Shown one piece after another: positions 8,564 to 17,304 of a DNA stretch of 64,000 bases (within the stretch, counting starts at the first letter, position 1; each line of letters starts with the position of its first letter). The translations under genes and the position numbers were made by a program. The stretch is from a virus (Duplodnaviria > Caudoviricetes). The notes under the pieces were generated by a model. The model was not told the DNA's origin. It worked only from the letters and a program-made list of their open reading frames with translations, and made no database searches. Location of the stretch: the IMG/VR virus record IMGVR_UViG_3300025129_000005; one strand, 5' to 3'.

Positions 8564-9085
8564 TCAAAAGTTTTTGGCTAACTCCTCGTTATCAGTATCA
8601 CCCATGGCATGAAGAGTGGCGATAATTTTAGTCATGTTTTTATATACATAGTCATGGTTTGATTGGAAATTATCATAAGTTGATATGGATATTCCTAGTA
8701 TATTTTGCATAATGTGTCGTGGTATAGAAGTTATACCCAGAAACGTTTTATCTATATTAACAATAAAAGAAATTATATCTTCTTTTTGAACTTTACTGAA
8801 CTGTAATTTAATATCTTTTTCCAGCTGTAATAAAGGTTCTTTATCTAAGATGTCAGCGTGTACGGAATAATCCAGTATTAATTTCATTAAATGGAGAACA
8901 CCTTTACCAGCTTTACCTAATTGCTCTTGAAATGTTTTTGATTTACGGACTTTTATGCCCATCTTTTGACCGAGTTTTTGAAGTGAAGCTAAAAACTCAT
9001 CAGAAACTTCATTAATTTCATTAGTTAGATATATAAATCCTAATATATTAAATTCACGTTCGTTTAAATATTGCTGAAATTTCAT
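8564..9085 (-). CDS. Putative internal head protein (CTS-like tag)
   Basis: Starts MKFQQYLNE; TATAAATA upstream; similar to 13444..14052. Confidence 0.6.
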   Translation of the reverse strand: MKFQQYLNEREFNILGFIYLTNEINEVSDEFLASLQKLGQKMGIKVRKSKTFQEQLGKAGKGVLHLMKLILDYSVHADILDKEPLLQLEKDIKLQFSKVQKEDIISFIVNIDKTFLGITSIPRHIMQNILGISISTYDNFQSNHDYVYKNMTKIIATLHAMGDTDNEELAKNF

Positions 9086-9117
9086 AAAAAATTAATATCC
9101 TTAATGTAATATAAACA

Positions 9118-9125
9118 TATTTATA
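9118..9125 (-). promoter_or_regulatory. T4-type late promoter TATAAATA
   Basis: Exact consensus upstream of 9085. Confidence 0.75.
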
Positions 9126-9131
9126 TATTAT

Positions 9132-9359
9132 CTACAAATAATTCATTTTAATATCATTCACATATTTTTTGTAATCATGGATTATCTCAAGGCGACCTTC
9201 TTCGAGAATAAAGCCATCATCATCAACGATGCGGTGGTACTCATACGGGCTAAAGCGATAAATTTTAACCCATAGATTATCCTTGATTTTCTCTTTGTAT
9301 AAGAGACCGAATTCGTTTCCTAGCACTTCATGGACAGGTTCTTTTTTCATCATAGTCAA
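9132..9359 (-). CDS. Hypothetical protein
   Basis: 75 aa; GGGAG RBS. Confidence 0.6.
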   Translation of the reverse strand: MTMMKKEPVHEVLGNEFGLLYKEKIKDNLWVKIYRFSPYEYHRIVDDDGFILEEGRLEIIHDYKKYVNDIKMNYL

Positions 9360-9386
9360 TGTCTCCCTTCACTGACATTATACACA

Positions 9387-10307
9387 TTATACCCTCTTAC
9401 GTCTACGAATATTTACGGTATCTGACGTTTTTGGAATATTATTTTTTATAAAGTCTCTCAGGTCATCCCAATTCAACATTTCATTTTCGAAATCTTTACT
9501 TGATTTCATGGGTTTACCTGACTCCTTAACGTTTATATATTTAAAGCTTTTGATTATAAAGGTCTTATCTTTGCTGTATTTTCCTATTTGTTCTATTCTT
9601 TCTCCGGGTTGTTGTATGTACTTATTTTTACCCTTCATCGTCTCTTTGGTATCACCTGTTGTCATATACACGGTGTTTTTGTTACCACCAAGAATAATAT
9701 TTATATCACCATCTATATGAGTTCCTATAATGTTATATTTATGTCTTAATATATCCGTAACTGTATTTGCGGCTCCAGAATGAGTTTTTAGCATAATATC
9801 ATAAGGAACCCTTCTTTCCCGTGTTTTATTTTGTTCCACTGCTACATAGAAGTCTGTCAGCACCCATGTTAAATGAACATCTTTTGGTTTATATCCCACT
9901 TCTAATAATTGAGGTATAATTTCAGTTATATCATTTATATCTTTCAACGTTACATCAAACATTATATTAGGTAGATTATTTTTTGATGCGCCTGCTAGAA
10001 GTAATTCAAGAGTTTCGTCTTTCCACCCTTTATCTTTTACAAATTGATGTAATCTTTTAATGTCATCTGGATTACTCCAAACTGTATTAGCAATTTCAGG
10101 ATTTTCTTTCTTTAGCTTTGATATTTTAACTGCCATTTTTTTTAATTCATCCACATCTCTGACCTTAAACTTGTTTTTTTCCATGAAATTGGACGAGGAG
10201 AATCCCTTTCCGCTCCCGGCACCTCCAGCGAGAAAAACAATTTGACCGTATGACTTTCCCCCGCCAACGATAATTTGTTTTTCTGTAATATAACTTTCAA
10301 AACGCAT
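9387..10307 (-). CDS. Zeta-toxin-like P-loop kinase with CTS-like tag
   Basis: IVFLAGGAGSGKG Walker A, VRDVDE, IMFDVT and AVEQNKTRERRVP follow the zeta/AAA_33 pattern; starts MRFESYITE. Confidence 0.75.
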   Translation of the reverse strand: MRFESYITEKQIIVGGGKSYGQIVFLAGGAGSGKGFSSSNFMEKNKFKVRDVDELKKMAVKISKLKKENPEIANTVWSNPDDIKRLHQFVKDKGWKDETLELLLAGASKNNLPNIMFDVTLKDINDITEIIPQLLEVGYKPKDVHLTWVLTDFYVAVEQNKTRERRVPYDIMLKTHSGAANTVTDILRHKYNIIGTHIDGDINIILGGNKNTVYMTTGDTKETMKGKNKYIQQPGERIEQIGKYSKDKTFIIKSFKYINVKESGKPMKSSKDFENEMLNWDDLRDFIKNNIPKTSDTVNIRRRKRV

Positions 10308-10343
10308 GATAAGACCCCTAATGTTATGATTGGTATTTAATGT

Positions 10344-10351
10344 TATTTATA
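10344..10351 (-). promoter_or_regulatory. T4-type late promoter TATAAATA
   Basis: Exact consensus upstream of 10307. Confidence 0.75.
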
Positions 10352-10355
10352 AAAA

Positions 10356-10385
10356 AATAGGGGTGACCCGAAGACCACCCCTATT
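10356..10385 (-). terminator. Intrinsic terminator
   Basis: AATAGGGGTG/CACCCCTATT stem with a minus-strand T-run. Confidence 0.75.
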
Positions 10386-10408
10386 GTATTACATTATATT
10401 ATAATGTT

Positions 10409-11974
10409 TTATTTAAAAACTACGGTAGGATCTTGTTGAAAGGATCCTTCGCGGTTATGTCCATCACCAAAATCAGCGCCATCATAACATGCACCGGCAA
10501 TCCATACATGACCTGCTGATATACAGTCTGCCTTTGTGGTAAGGACACTGTGATCAGAATCGGCAATACATGTACGAAGACCTGAATTCCAACGGTGACC
10601 GTATTGTTTACATGTCAACTCTGCGTATTGGAGAGCGGATGACGTGGTATTATAGTTAAAATTAACAAGACTAAAATTACCCGGCGTACTTGCATCAATA
10701 CACTCCGAACCAGCAACTGCTTTAGGCTCCCAATGATTACCTGATGCTATACATTCATCACGTTTGATTTGGGTGGATGATTGAGTCAAAGCATTAACTT
10801 CTGCCGCAGTATACTTTGTGCAACCAGTTCCACCATCAAATTTATATCCAACAGGGCAGTCGTCGTCGGATGCCGCGACTAGGGTGCAAACACCGCCACC
10901 CGAAACATACTCATTAACAGTCAGACCTGAAATTGCATTACATCCGGCTTGGTCATCGGTTGATCCAAGAGCAACAGGGTCAAATGTAACAGGGAGATCT
11001 TGACAATATCCATAATCACCTTGATTAGCATCACCTGTGTTGTTTGTTCCCGGATTCCAGAAAAATCCGTTTGCCTGACAGCGTGATTTGTCCACGATAT
11101 CTTCTGCGCGAACGGTATTTCCAACTACATATCCATTTTTATCGACAATTGTTGGTTCTGCGTATACAGTAACATTCCCGTTTACAATAGCAACCGTTTT
11201 TTTCTGAACAGACAATTGAGCCATATCAGGTTTTCTGACGGTTTTGATTGTAGGAGTATTATCTGTGGTATAAGGTGGAATTGTATATGATCCACTAGGA
11301 GTATATGAAGATGTTGTGTTGGGTGACAAATCTGCGTTTGTATATTCCGTAACTACCCCACCCAATTCATATAGATTATGATTAACATAATCTGTGGACG
11401 GAATTCCAACTTCACCTGTTCCTATATACGAGATTGTTTCAGTATCACCATCAACATAATTGATACCGGCATTAACAACGGTAAATCCAGAAACCACTCC
11501 AGCGTTCGCTGTTACTGTACCAGTAAGACCGGTACCAACAAGATCCGATTCAAGTTCATTAACAGAAATGATATCTCCTGTTAACCAACCAGTTCCACCA
11601 TCAGTAACAGTAACTGTATTAACCGCACCAGTGACAGATGATACGGTACTGTCGATAGTTCCTGTGTCTGCATCAGAAAAATCCAAAGATTCTGCGAGAG
11701 TGATTGAATCTCCTACAGCATATCCAATACCTTTTGTTACGATACTCAGTGTTGGGACAAGACCTGCGGTAACTTCCAGAGATACAGTACAGCCAGTACC
11801 ACCACCATCGGTTGTTGTTGCATAACCTAAACCACTATTATCATAAACACCTTCTACAAGTACTCCGCCAGCATTATCAACGGTTGCGCCTAAGCTAGTT
11901 GGTTCACCAACGATAGTGGTGATTGTAAACACAAAAGGTGTTACGGGACGATTTGATTGTTGACCTAAAGACAT
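10409..11974 (-). CDS. Putative virion surface protein: Gly-rich beta repeats plus Cys-rich C-x3-G-x2-W repeats
   Basis: GGTG..V....G.GY..GD repeats in the N-terminal half; CQANGFFW, CIASGNHW, CKQYGHRW and CISAGHVW in the C-terminal half; late promoter. Confidence 0.65.
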   Translation of the reverse strand: MSLGQQSNRPVTPFVFTITTIVGEPTSLGATVDNAGGVLVEGVYDNSGLGYATTTDGGGTGCTVSLEVTAGLVPTLSIVTKGIGYAVGDSITLAESLDFSDADTGTIDSTVSSVTGAVNTVTVTDGGTGWLTGDIISVNELESDLVGTGLTGTVTANAGVVSGFTVVNAGINYVDGDTETISYIGTGEVGIPSTDYVNHNLYELGGVVTEYTNADLSPNTTSSYTPSGSYTIPPYTTDNTPTIKTVRKPDMAQLSVQKKTVAIVNGNVTVYAEPTIVDKNGYVVGNTVRAEDIVDKSRCQANGFFWNPGTNNTGDANQGDYGYCQDLPVTFDPVALGSTDDQAGCNAISGLTVNEYVSGGGVCTLVAASDDDCPVGYKFDGGTGCTKYTAAEVNALTQSSTQIKRDECIASGNHWEPKAVAGSECIDASTPGNFSLVNFNYNTTSSALQYAELTCKQYGHRWNSGLRTCIADSDHSVLTTKADCISAGHVWIAGACYDGADFGDGHNREGSFQQDPTVVFK

Positions 11975-12028
11975 AATATTTCCTCCATATTATATTAATA
12001 TTATTTTTACCCAAAAGGGTCTTATTTT

Positions 12029-12036
12029 TATTTATA
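12029..12036 (-). promoter_or_regulatory. T4-type late promoter TATAAATA
   Basis: Exact consensus upstream of 11974. Confidence 0.75.
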
Positions 12037-12060
12037 AAAATATGAATATATTTTTTATAA

Positions 12061-12324
12061 TTAGAGGGAGATTATATGGGATAACTTCATGTTAACATTG
12101 ACTTTTTCAGCATCTATACCTAACTCATCAATAATATAAAATGCTATTAGACCGGGTAAATGTATGCTAGGATTACCTACATACATTTTATAAACTTCTT
12201 CTAAGGTGGAGTTTTCAGAGACCATCGCAATTTGTTCTGATAGAGTAATAAGGGGAGTTTCCATATCAAGAGTGTTGTATGTCACTCCCCAATTATTTTT
12301 TATGATTTTTAATAATTTTTTCAT
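12061..12324 (-). CDS. Hypothetical protein, probably leaderless
   Basis: 87 aa; ATG 7 nt after a TATAAT box; no SD. Confidence 0.6.
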   Translation of the reverse strand: MKKLLKIIKNNWGVTYNTLDMETPLITLSEQIAMVSENSTLEEVYKMYVGNPSIHLPGLIAFYIIDELGIDAEKVNVNMKLSHIISL

Positions 12325-12331
12325 GTATTAC

Positions 12332-12360
12332 ATTATATTATAATTAAATGCCCCTGTAAA
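12332..12360 (-). promoter_or_regulatory. Sigma70-type promoter TTTACA-17-TATAAT overlapping a terminator arm
   Basis: -35 at 12355-12360, -10 at 12332-12337. Confidence 0.65.
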
Positions 12361-12390
12361 CAGAACTCATGTAAACAGGGGCATTTAATT
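12342..12390. terminator. 16-bp stem terminator
   Basis: AATTAAATGCCCCTGT/ACAGGGGCATTTAATT perfect inverted repeat right after the 12391 stop. Confidence 0.75.
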
Positions 12391-12624
12391 TTATCGAGGT
12401 GCTACGGTTGATACTGCGACACTACCACTTTTCACGGGTTTTGATTTACTTTTTACAGACTCTTCTGAATCATCATCATCACTTTTCTTTTTCTTTTTAT
12501 TGATGATGTTATTACGTGTCTGTAATTTAGCAACATCCCCGGTAGTTGTTCCGGTTGAAATTCCTGTAGGTGTACCAGATATTTCTTCCCCTATGTATGT
12601 ACTAATCCTTTCCAATATATCCAT
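12391..12624 (-). CDS. Small hypothetical protein, possible internal head protein
   Basis: Starts MDILERISTYIGE; charged low-complexity tail. Confidence 0.55.
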   Translation of the reverse strand: MDILERISTYIGEEISGTPTGISTGTTTGDVAKLQTRNNIINKKKKKSDDDDSEESVKSKSKPVKSGSVAVSTVAPR

Positions 12625-12633
12625 GATATCCTC

Positions 12634-13434
12634 TTATGGTAGTGCCGGTATAGGATTAACAATCACAGGATCAACCACAACAGGATCAACCACAACAGGA
12701 TTAACGACTGTTGGTGTTGCTGTTTGATTTTCATAATCGTTACGATTATCGCTGTTATTGCTGTTATCACTGTTATCAGACAAATCATTTCCTTGATTGC
12801 TGTTATTACTGTTATCAGACAAATCATTTCCTTGATTGCTGTTATTACTGTTATCAGACAAATCATTTCCTTGATTGCTGTTATCACTTTGATTATTATA
12901 GCTATCAGCAATAGGAGATGTAGATGTCGTTGCTACACCATTAACACCATTGTTAACCGCTTGATCTCCTCCAGCAGTGTATACAGTAGATCTGGTTCCC
13001 ATAGCTCCTGTAACCCTATCCACAGCAAACCCCATTAAAGTGAATCGTGCTATATCTTTTACGACACCAAATCCCTCTTTTACCACAGAAGACTCTACAG
13101 GGGAATATCCATTTGTGGATGCTATAGCATGTAAGCCTGTTATTTCTGCGGTTTTGTCTGCTTTGTTGATAATTCCTTGACCGATAAATACTGTTTTTAA
13201 TTTACCTTCATCATCGGTTTCTACAAGAAAACCTGCACTTGAGTATTTACCATCGAGTTGTGATGGTTGTGGTTTTGGTGCGGCGGCTTTTGCTTCTTCG
13301 ATTGCTTGTATCGCCTCTATTCTTTTTTGGTCAAATTCTATTTTTTTCATCTGAACATCATTGAAATTCGTACCACATCCAACTAATAAAAAGATCATGA
13401 TAAAGCTTATTACATATTTGATATAATTCATCAT
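12634..13434 (-). CDS. Lipoprotein with Asn/Ser-rich tandem repeats
   Basis: Signal peptide with lipobox LVG-C; 13-aa repeat x3; PVVVD repeats. Confidence 0.8.
   Translation of the reverse strand: MMNYIKYVISFIMIFLLVGCGTNFNDVQMKKIEFDQKRIEAIQAIEEAKAAAPKPQPSQLDGKYSSAGFLVETDDEGKLKTVFIGQGIINKADKTAEITGLHAIASTNGYSPVESSVVKEGFGVVKDIARFTLMGFAVDRVTGAMGTRSTVYTAGGDQAVNNGVNGVATTSTSPIADSYNNQSDNSNQGNDLSDNSNNSNQGNDLSDNSNNSNQGNDLSDNSDNSNNSDNRNDYENQTATPTVVNPVVVDPVVVDPVIVNPIPALP
12770..12886. repeat. 39-bp tandem repeat x3 (coding)
   Basis: Unit CTGTTATCAGACAAATCATTTCCTTGATTGCTGTTATTA; one change in the third copy. Confidence 0.95.
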
Positions 13435-13443
13435 TTCACTCCT

Positions 13444-14052
13444 TTATATAGATTTAATTACTGACTGCAAATCATCAAGACCGAATAATCTTGCTATGCC
13501 ATGCATCAATTGCTTTAATTTATTCTTAACTTCATCGCCTGCCTCTTTTGCCGCATCTGTTAGGTTGGTTATGGCATTTTTAGCTTTAGTTAACATATCT
13601 TCACTTTTGGTTTTTATGTGTGCCCATATATGCCATCCAGTAACAGCGTCTATGAGATGTAAGGGTCCCGATACTAGATGAAGGGTTGCCATATCAAGTT
13701 TTAGAAGAAAATCCAAAACCTGTTCTTTTGTTATTTGGGTGTTGGCTAATTCTTTCATTCGAACTTTTGAATCTTCATTACCAGCAGCAGCCCGAAGTGT
13801 GTGCCAGATAAATTCTGCCATTAACTTTCCAGATTTGAGTGCGACCTGAATAAGACCGTCACCTGATTTATGTGCCCCTCCACCTATACTTTTAAGTAAG
13901 GCACCAGCCCCTTTTTTAAGGGTATTGAGATCGAATGCCTCGTTCATATTCGCGCTATCATCAAGTATCATTGATATTTCTAATACAATCTCCATGTCTC
14001 TATATTCCTCATGGGTGTATAGTCTCTGATTAATTTTGTTTAAAATATCCAT
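13444..14052 (-). CDS. Putative internal head protein, paralog of 8564..9085
   Basis: Starts MDILNKIN; MNE/A candidate gp21 site; shares KE.(I/V)..F...(I/L)D...L...S.P.H with 8564..9085. Confidence 0.55.
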   Translation of the reverse strand: MDILNKINQRLYTHEEYRDMEIVLEISMILDDSANMNEAFDLNTLKKGAGALLKSIGGGAHKSGDGLIQVALKSGKLMAEFIWHTLRAAAGNEDSKVRMKELANTQITKEQVLDFLLKLDMATLHLVSGPLHLIDAVTGWHIWAHIKTKSEDMLTKAKNAITNLTDAAKEAGDEVKNKLKQLMHGIARLFGLDDLQSVIKSI

Positions 14053-14119
14053 TAATTATAATCTCCTTCTACTGTATTAATATAACTATCAATCAGGATT
14101 ATATGACATCATTTACATG

Positions 14120-14572
14120 TCAGATTCCTGATTTATCTTCGTACATCTTCCATTTACTTTGTTCTTTTTTGGGAATGCGCTCATACGTTTCTTCTGGGGT
14201 CAGCCATTTTATTGAGTTTTTACTGGTTAATTCGATAGTGTCCTTCCAAGGATTTACAATATAAATATCTTTTCCATTTTTATCAGCATATTCACATTCA
14301 CGCCATGTACCATTACCCATTTTACCGTCTTTAAATGTCATAGCACATACATGTTCAACTGTATCAATAACTTTAAAGAATATATCAAACCCCATATCAT
14401 CAACTCGACCTTGTATCCAGTTAACATTGGGATTAACAATAATAAATTCTGGAAATTTTTCTGTTATGATGTTGATGGATTTTTTTTCTTCTGGTTTGTC
14501 ATAAAATGCACGTGGATGTGCAAAATATATTTTACGGCGGTTAGCCTCGGTTAAATAGTTGCTAAACTTCAT
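14120..14572 (-). CDS. Nucleoside 2-deoxyribosyltransferase (NDT)/N-glycosidase-like protein with CTS-like tag
   Basis: KIYFAHP strand 1 and GTWRECEYADKNGKDIY match the NDT KIYLAGP / GT..E..YA...GK pattern, including the catalytic Glu. Confidence 0.7.
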   Translation of the reverse strand: MKFSNYLTEANRRKIYFAHPRAFYDKPEEKKSINIITEKFPEFIIVNPNVNWIQGRVDDMGFDIFFKVIDTVEHVCAMTFKDGKMGNGTWRECEYADKNGKDIYIVNPWKDTIELTSKNSIKWLTPEETYERIPKKEQSKWKMYEDKSGI

Positions 14573-14581
14573 AATATCCTC

Positions 14582-15274
14582 TCATATTAGGTGTAAGTCT
14601 CCCTTATCGTCGATCCATAACGTATAGAAACTAATAGGTGGTATTTTTTCTGTTGTTATATCCAAATTGTATTTATTTATAACCTTATCTTCTATGTCCT
14701 TGGAAAGATTCTTTTCTATATCCTTCAATGCTTTAAGGTTAGGTTTGTGATCATCTATTAATCGAACACGTCTGAATTCCCCGGTTTTTATATACCTTAA
14801 CATGACATTTTTTTTAACACCATCAATCGTTTTTCCGGGCTTCCACTCATCACCTGACATTTCAACGTCAACAATCTTACCATCGATATTGACACCATTT
14901 TGAATAAACGTTTTCTTAAATTCATCCATATCATTAAATGATGCTCTTGCTGTGAGAAAAATAATCTTACTACCAGAGTCCATTTCTTTGATTTTAGCAA
15001 TCATATTTCTAATTCTGGTGAATGTTTTTGGTATAGGTATACTCGTTTCCCTAAATATCTTAGCACTACGAAATTGATGAAAGTCGTACTCTTCACCATC
15101 TTTTAATTTATAGCTATTATATTCTGTATTGGTTAACTCCCGTACAACTTTACCGTTCTTTTTTACTAATACTTTAGCAAAGGTCTTGAATATAGTTTCG
15201 TCGATATCAACAAAGGTAATACCTTTACCATAACGTTCACGTGAAAATTCATTTAAATATCTATCAAACCTCAT
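14582..15274 (-). CDS. HAD-superfamily phosphatase with CTS-like tag
   Basis: Motif I FVDIDET, motif II FLTAR, Lys (VKK), motif IV LIDD. Confidence 0.85.
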   Translation of the reverse strand: MRFDRYLNEFSRERYGKGITFVDIDETIFKTFAKVLVKKNGKVVRELTNTEYNSYKLKDGEEYDFHQFRSAKIFRETSIPIPKTFTRIRNMIAKIKEMDSGSKIIFLTARASFNDMDEFKKTFIQNGVNIDGKIVDVEMSGDEWKPGKTIDGVKKNVMLRYIKTGEFRRVRLIDDHKPNLKALKDIEKNLSKDIEDKVINKYNLDITTEKIPPISFYTLWIDDKGDLHLI

Positions 15275-15642
15275 TTATATAACTTTCCTTTGTTTATTAA
15301 GTCGTTATATTTTTCTTTACCATAATAATTGTATAGAACCATATGTACATATTCATGACCTGTTACTTCAAAGTCTAGTAAGCTATGCACTATAATTGTT
15401 TGTCTATTATCAACACCAGAAAAGAAAAAATATCCAGTATTAATGAAATCTTTTCTTACTATTAGTCTATGCTCGGGTATTATTATCTCAAAATTAATTG
15501 GGGTATTTGACCCAAACTGTTCAATTCTTTGTTTATATAAAGGATCTCCTTTTCTAATATCCAGAGGTGTTGGATTAGATACATCACAACTCGGTATTAA
15601 TATAAAGAGTAATACACTAATTATTGATATTATATATTTCAT
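15271..15642 (-). CDS. Lipoprotein with HExxH metallopeptidase-like motif
   Basis: Signal peptide ending IPS-C; GHEYVH. Confidence 0.6.
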   Translation of the reverse strand: MKYIISIISVLLFILIPSCDVSNPTPLDIRKGDPLYKQRIEQFGSNTPINFEIIIPEHRLIVRKDFINTGYFFFSGVDNRQTIIVHSLLDFEVTGHEYVHMVLYNYYGKEKYNDLINKGKLYK

Positions 15643-16136
15643 TATGCCTCTAAAGCGTAACTCTCTAGTACCTTTTCCCCTGCTATATAATTTCTTGATG
15701 CTGATATTACCGAATCAGCCCCTATATCAGGTTTACGACCGACTACAGGGCATGATTGTCCATCAGTAACTGTCAAATTACTATCAACTGTTATATCATA
15801 CACGCCTGTTTTGTTGTTTCTGTATATTGAAGTTACTGTTGCAACATTAGAGCCGTCAGTGATAACAAATCGACCTATACCAGTAAAACCGGTGTCCATT
15901 CTGGTATCAAAATTCACAAAATTTGCAGTGAATGTTGTTCCTGCTATAACACCCGTATCAACTCTTAGAAATAATCCTGAGTTTTTCCATTCAGTGTTGT
16001 CTATTGATACTATACCTACACCTAATCCATCATAGTCCAACGAATCAAGTTTAGTGTTTAATGTTATAGGGATAGATGTAATGAATGGTTCTGTGTATCC
16101 CGTTCCTTGATAACCGTTTTTTCCTAAGTCGGCCAT
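15642..16136 (-). CDS. Putative virion structural protein
   Basis: Beta-rich 164 aa directly downstream of a late promoter; GGAGG RBS. Confidence 0.55.
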   Translation of the reverse strand: MADLGKNGYQGTGYTEPFITSIPITLNTKLDSLDYDGLGVGIVSIDNTEWKNSGLFLRVDTGVIAGTTFTANFVNFDTRMDTGFTGIGRFVITDGSNVATVTSIYRNNKTGVYDITVDSNLTVTDGQSCPVVGRKPDIGADSVISASRNYIAGEKVLESYALEA

Positions 16137-16174
16137 ATTATAAAATCCTCCGTTTAATATATAATGTTCATATG

Positions 16175-16194
16175 TATTTATAAAAACATAAATA
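16175..16194. promoter_or_regulatory. Back-to-back late promoters: TATAAATA (-, 16175-16182) and CATAAATA (+, 16187-16194)
   Basis: Located at the strand switch between the two gene blocks. Confidence 0.75.
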
Positions 16195-16224
16195 CACTTA
16201 ACTGGTAGAGTGAGGAGTTAATAT

Positions 16225-16734
16225 ATGAAATTTGGTACATTTATTTTAAACGAAAATATGATAGATAAATCCAAATCATTTTTAAAAAAAATGGATTTTT
16301 CAAAGTCAAAGAATTTCCTTAAAAATGAATTTGATAAGTTTGTGCATGCATCGATATCCAGTGGTATAGAAGAACAGGTTATATCTCTGATCAACAAAGC
16401 CTTTGGTACACATTTTCGTAATCTAAACCAACTAAAAAAAGAAAGATTGAAAGAATCGGATGAATTGATTAACGAAGACCTTGCTCATTGGTGGGATGTA
16501 GTTAAAACAGAGGCATTTCCTACCTTAGCATTTTATCCGGCATTAACGGTTTGGTTAGAGATTGATAAACTGTTCAAAATGCAGGACATGGATATAACTA
16601 AAACTATTGTGTATTCTTTGTTTTGGATATTACTTATAAGCGGTAAATACGTAAAGGGTTGGTCACAATGGAAAAAACAAAACCCTGATGAATATAATGC
16701 TGAAAGGTTACAAGGTAAAGGAGGAATAATATAA
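16225..16734 (+). CDS. Putative internal head protein with hydrophobic C-terminal half
   Basis: Starts MKFGTFILNE; LKE/S and INE/D candidate gp21 sites. Confidence 0.55.
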   Translation: MKFGTFILNENMIDKSKSFLKKMDFSKSKNFLKNEFDKFVHASISSGIEEQVISLINKAFGTHFRNLNQLKKERLKESDELINEDLAHWWDVVKTEAFPTLAFYPALTVWLEIDKLFKMQDMDITKTIVYSLFWILLISGKYVKGWSQWKKQNPDEYNAERLQGKGGII

Positions 16735-16911
16735 TTAGTAAAATCGGAAGGCTATTAAAACGATTGGGTTGAATATGGATGTTGACACTAAAACACTCAC
16801 AGATCCAACGATACTTTGAAACGTTGGTATGACGATACATCAAAAATGGATACAGGAATAAGAAAATTACAAGATAAACTGATTCATAGTGAAATAAAAA
16901 AATGAGGCTTA

Positions 16912-17304
16912 TTGGAGGATAAAATGGATTTATTGAATAAGATTGATATGTTTGTTGGTTATACTGTTGAGGATATCAACGAGGAAACTGAGTACCAAAA
17001 ATTTTTCAAAAAGAAGTTGAAGGCATATAATATATCTTCACCTTCTGAACTTGATGACGAAAAGAAGAAGAAATTCTTTGATGAGATTAAAAAAGAGTGG
17101 ACTTCTGGCAAAGGTGAGAAAAAAACCAACGAAGGTGAACTACCACCCGCATTGAAGAAGGCCATTGAAGCGAAAAAGAAGAAAGATGGTGATGATGGTG
17201 ATGGGGAAGAGGGTGAGTCCAAAAAACATGAAGACTCTGAGTCTGATAAAGAAGAAAAAGAGGAACACAAGAAAGGATCTAAAAAAGACAAAGCCGATAA
17301 ATAA
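16912..17304 (+). CDS. Putative prohead core/internal protein (true start probably ATG 16924)
   Basis: INE/E site; YQKFFKKKLK...SPSEL..KKKFF..I..EW and GELPPALKKAI motifs familiar from T4-like head-region proteins; highly charged. Confidence 0.55.
   Translation: MEDKMDLLNKIDMFVGYTVEDINEETEYQKFFKKKLKAYNISSPSELDDEKKKKFFDEIKKEWTSGKGEKKTNEGELPPALKKAIEAKKKKDGDDGDGEEGESKKHEDSESDKEEKEEHKKGSKKDKADK

Noticed and set aside
12770-12886. Possible CRISPR array
   Set aside because: Contiguous in-frame tandem repeats with no unique spacers
12663-13038. Repetitive ORFs in other frames (CCYYCYQT..., VITAIKEMIC...)
   Set aside because: Shadows of the 39-bp repeat in the lipoprotein gene
16731-16905. Possible degraded gene between 16734 and 16912
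   Set aside because: All three frames are interrupted and no homology is recognisable
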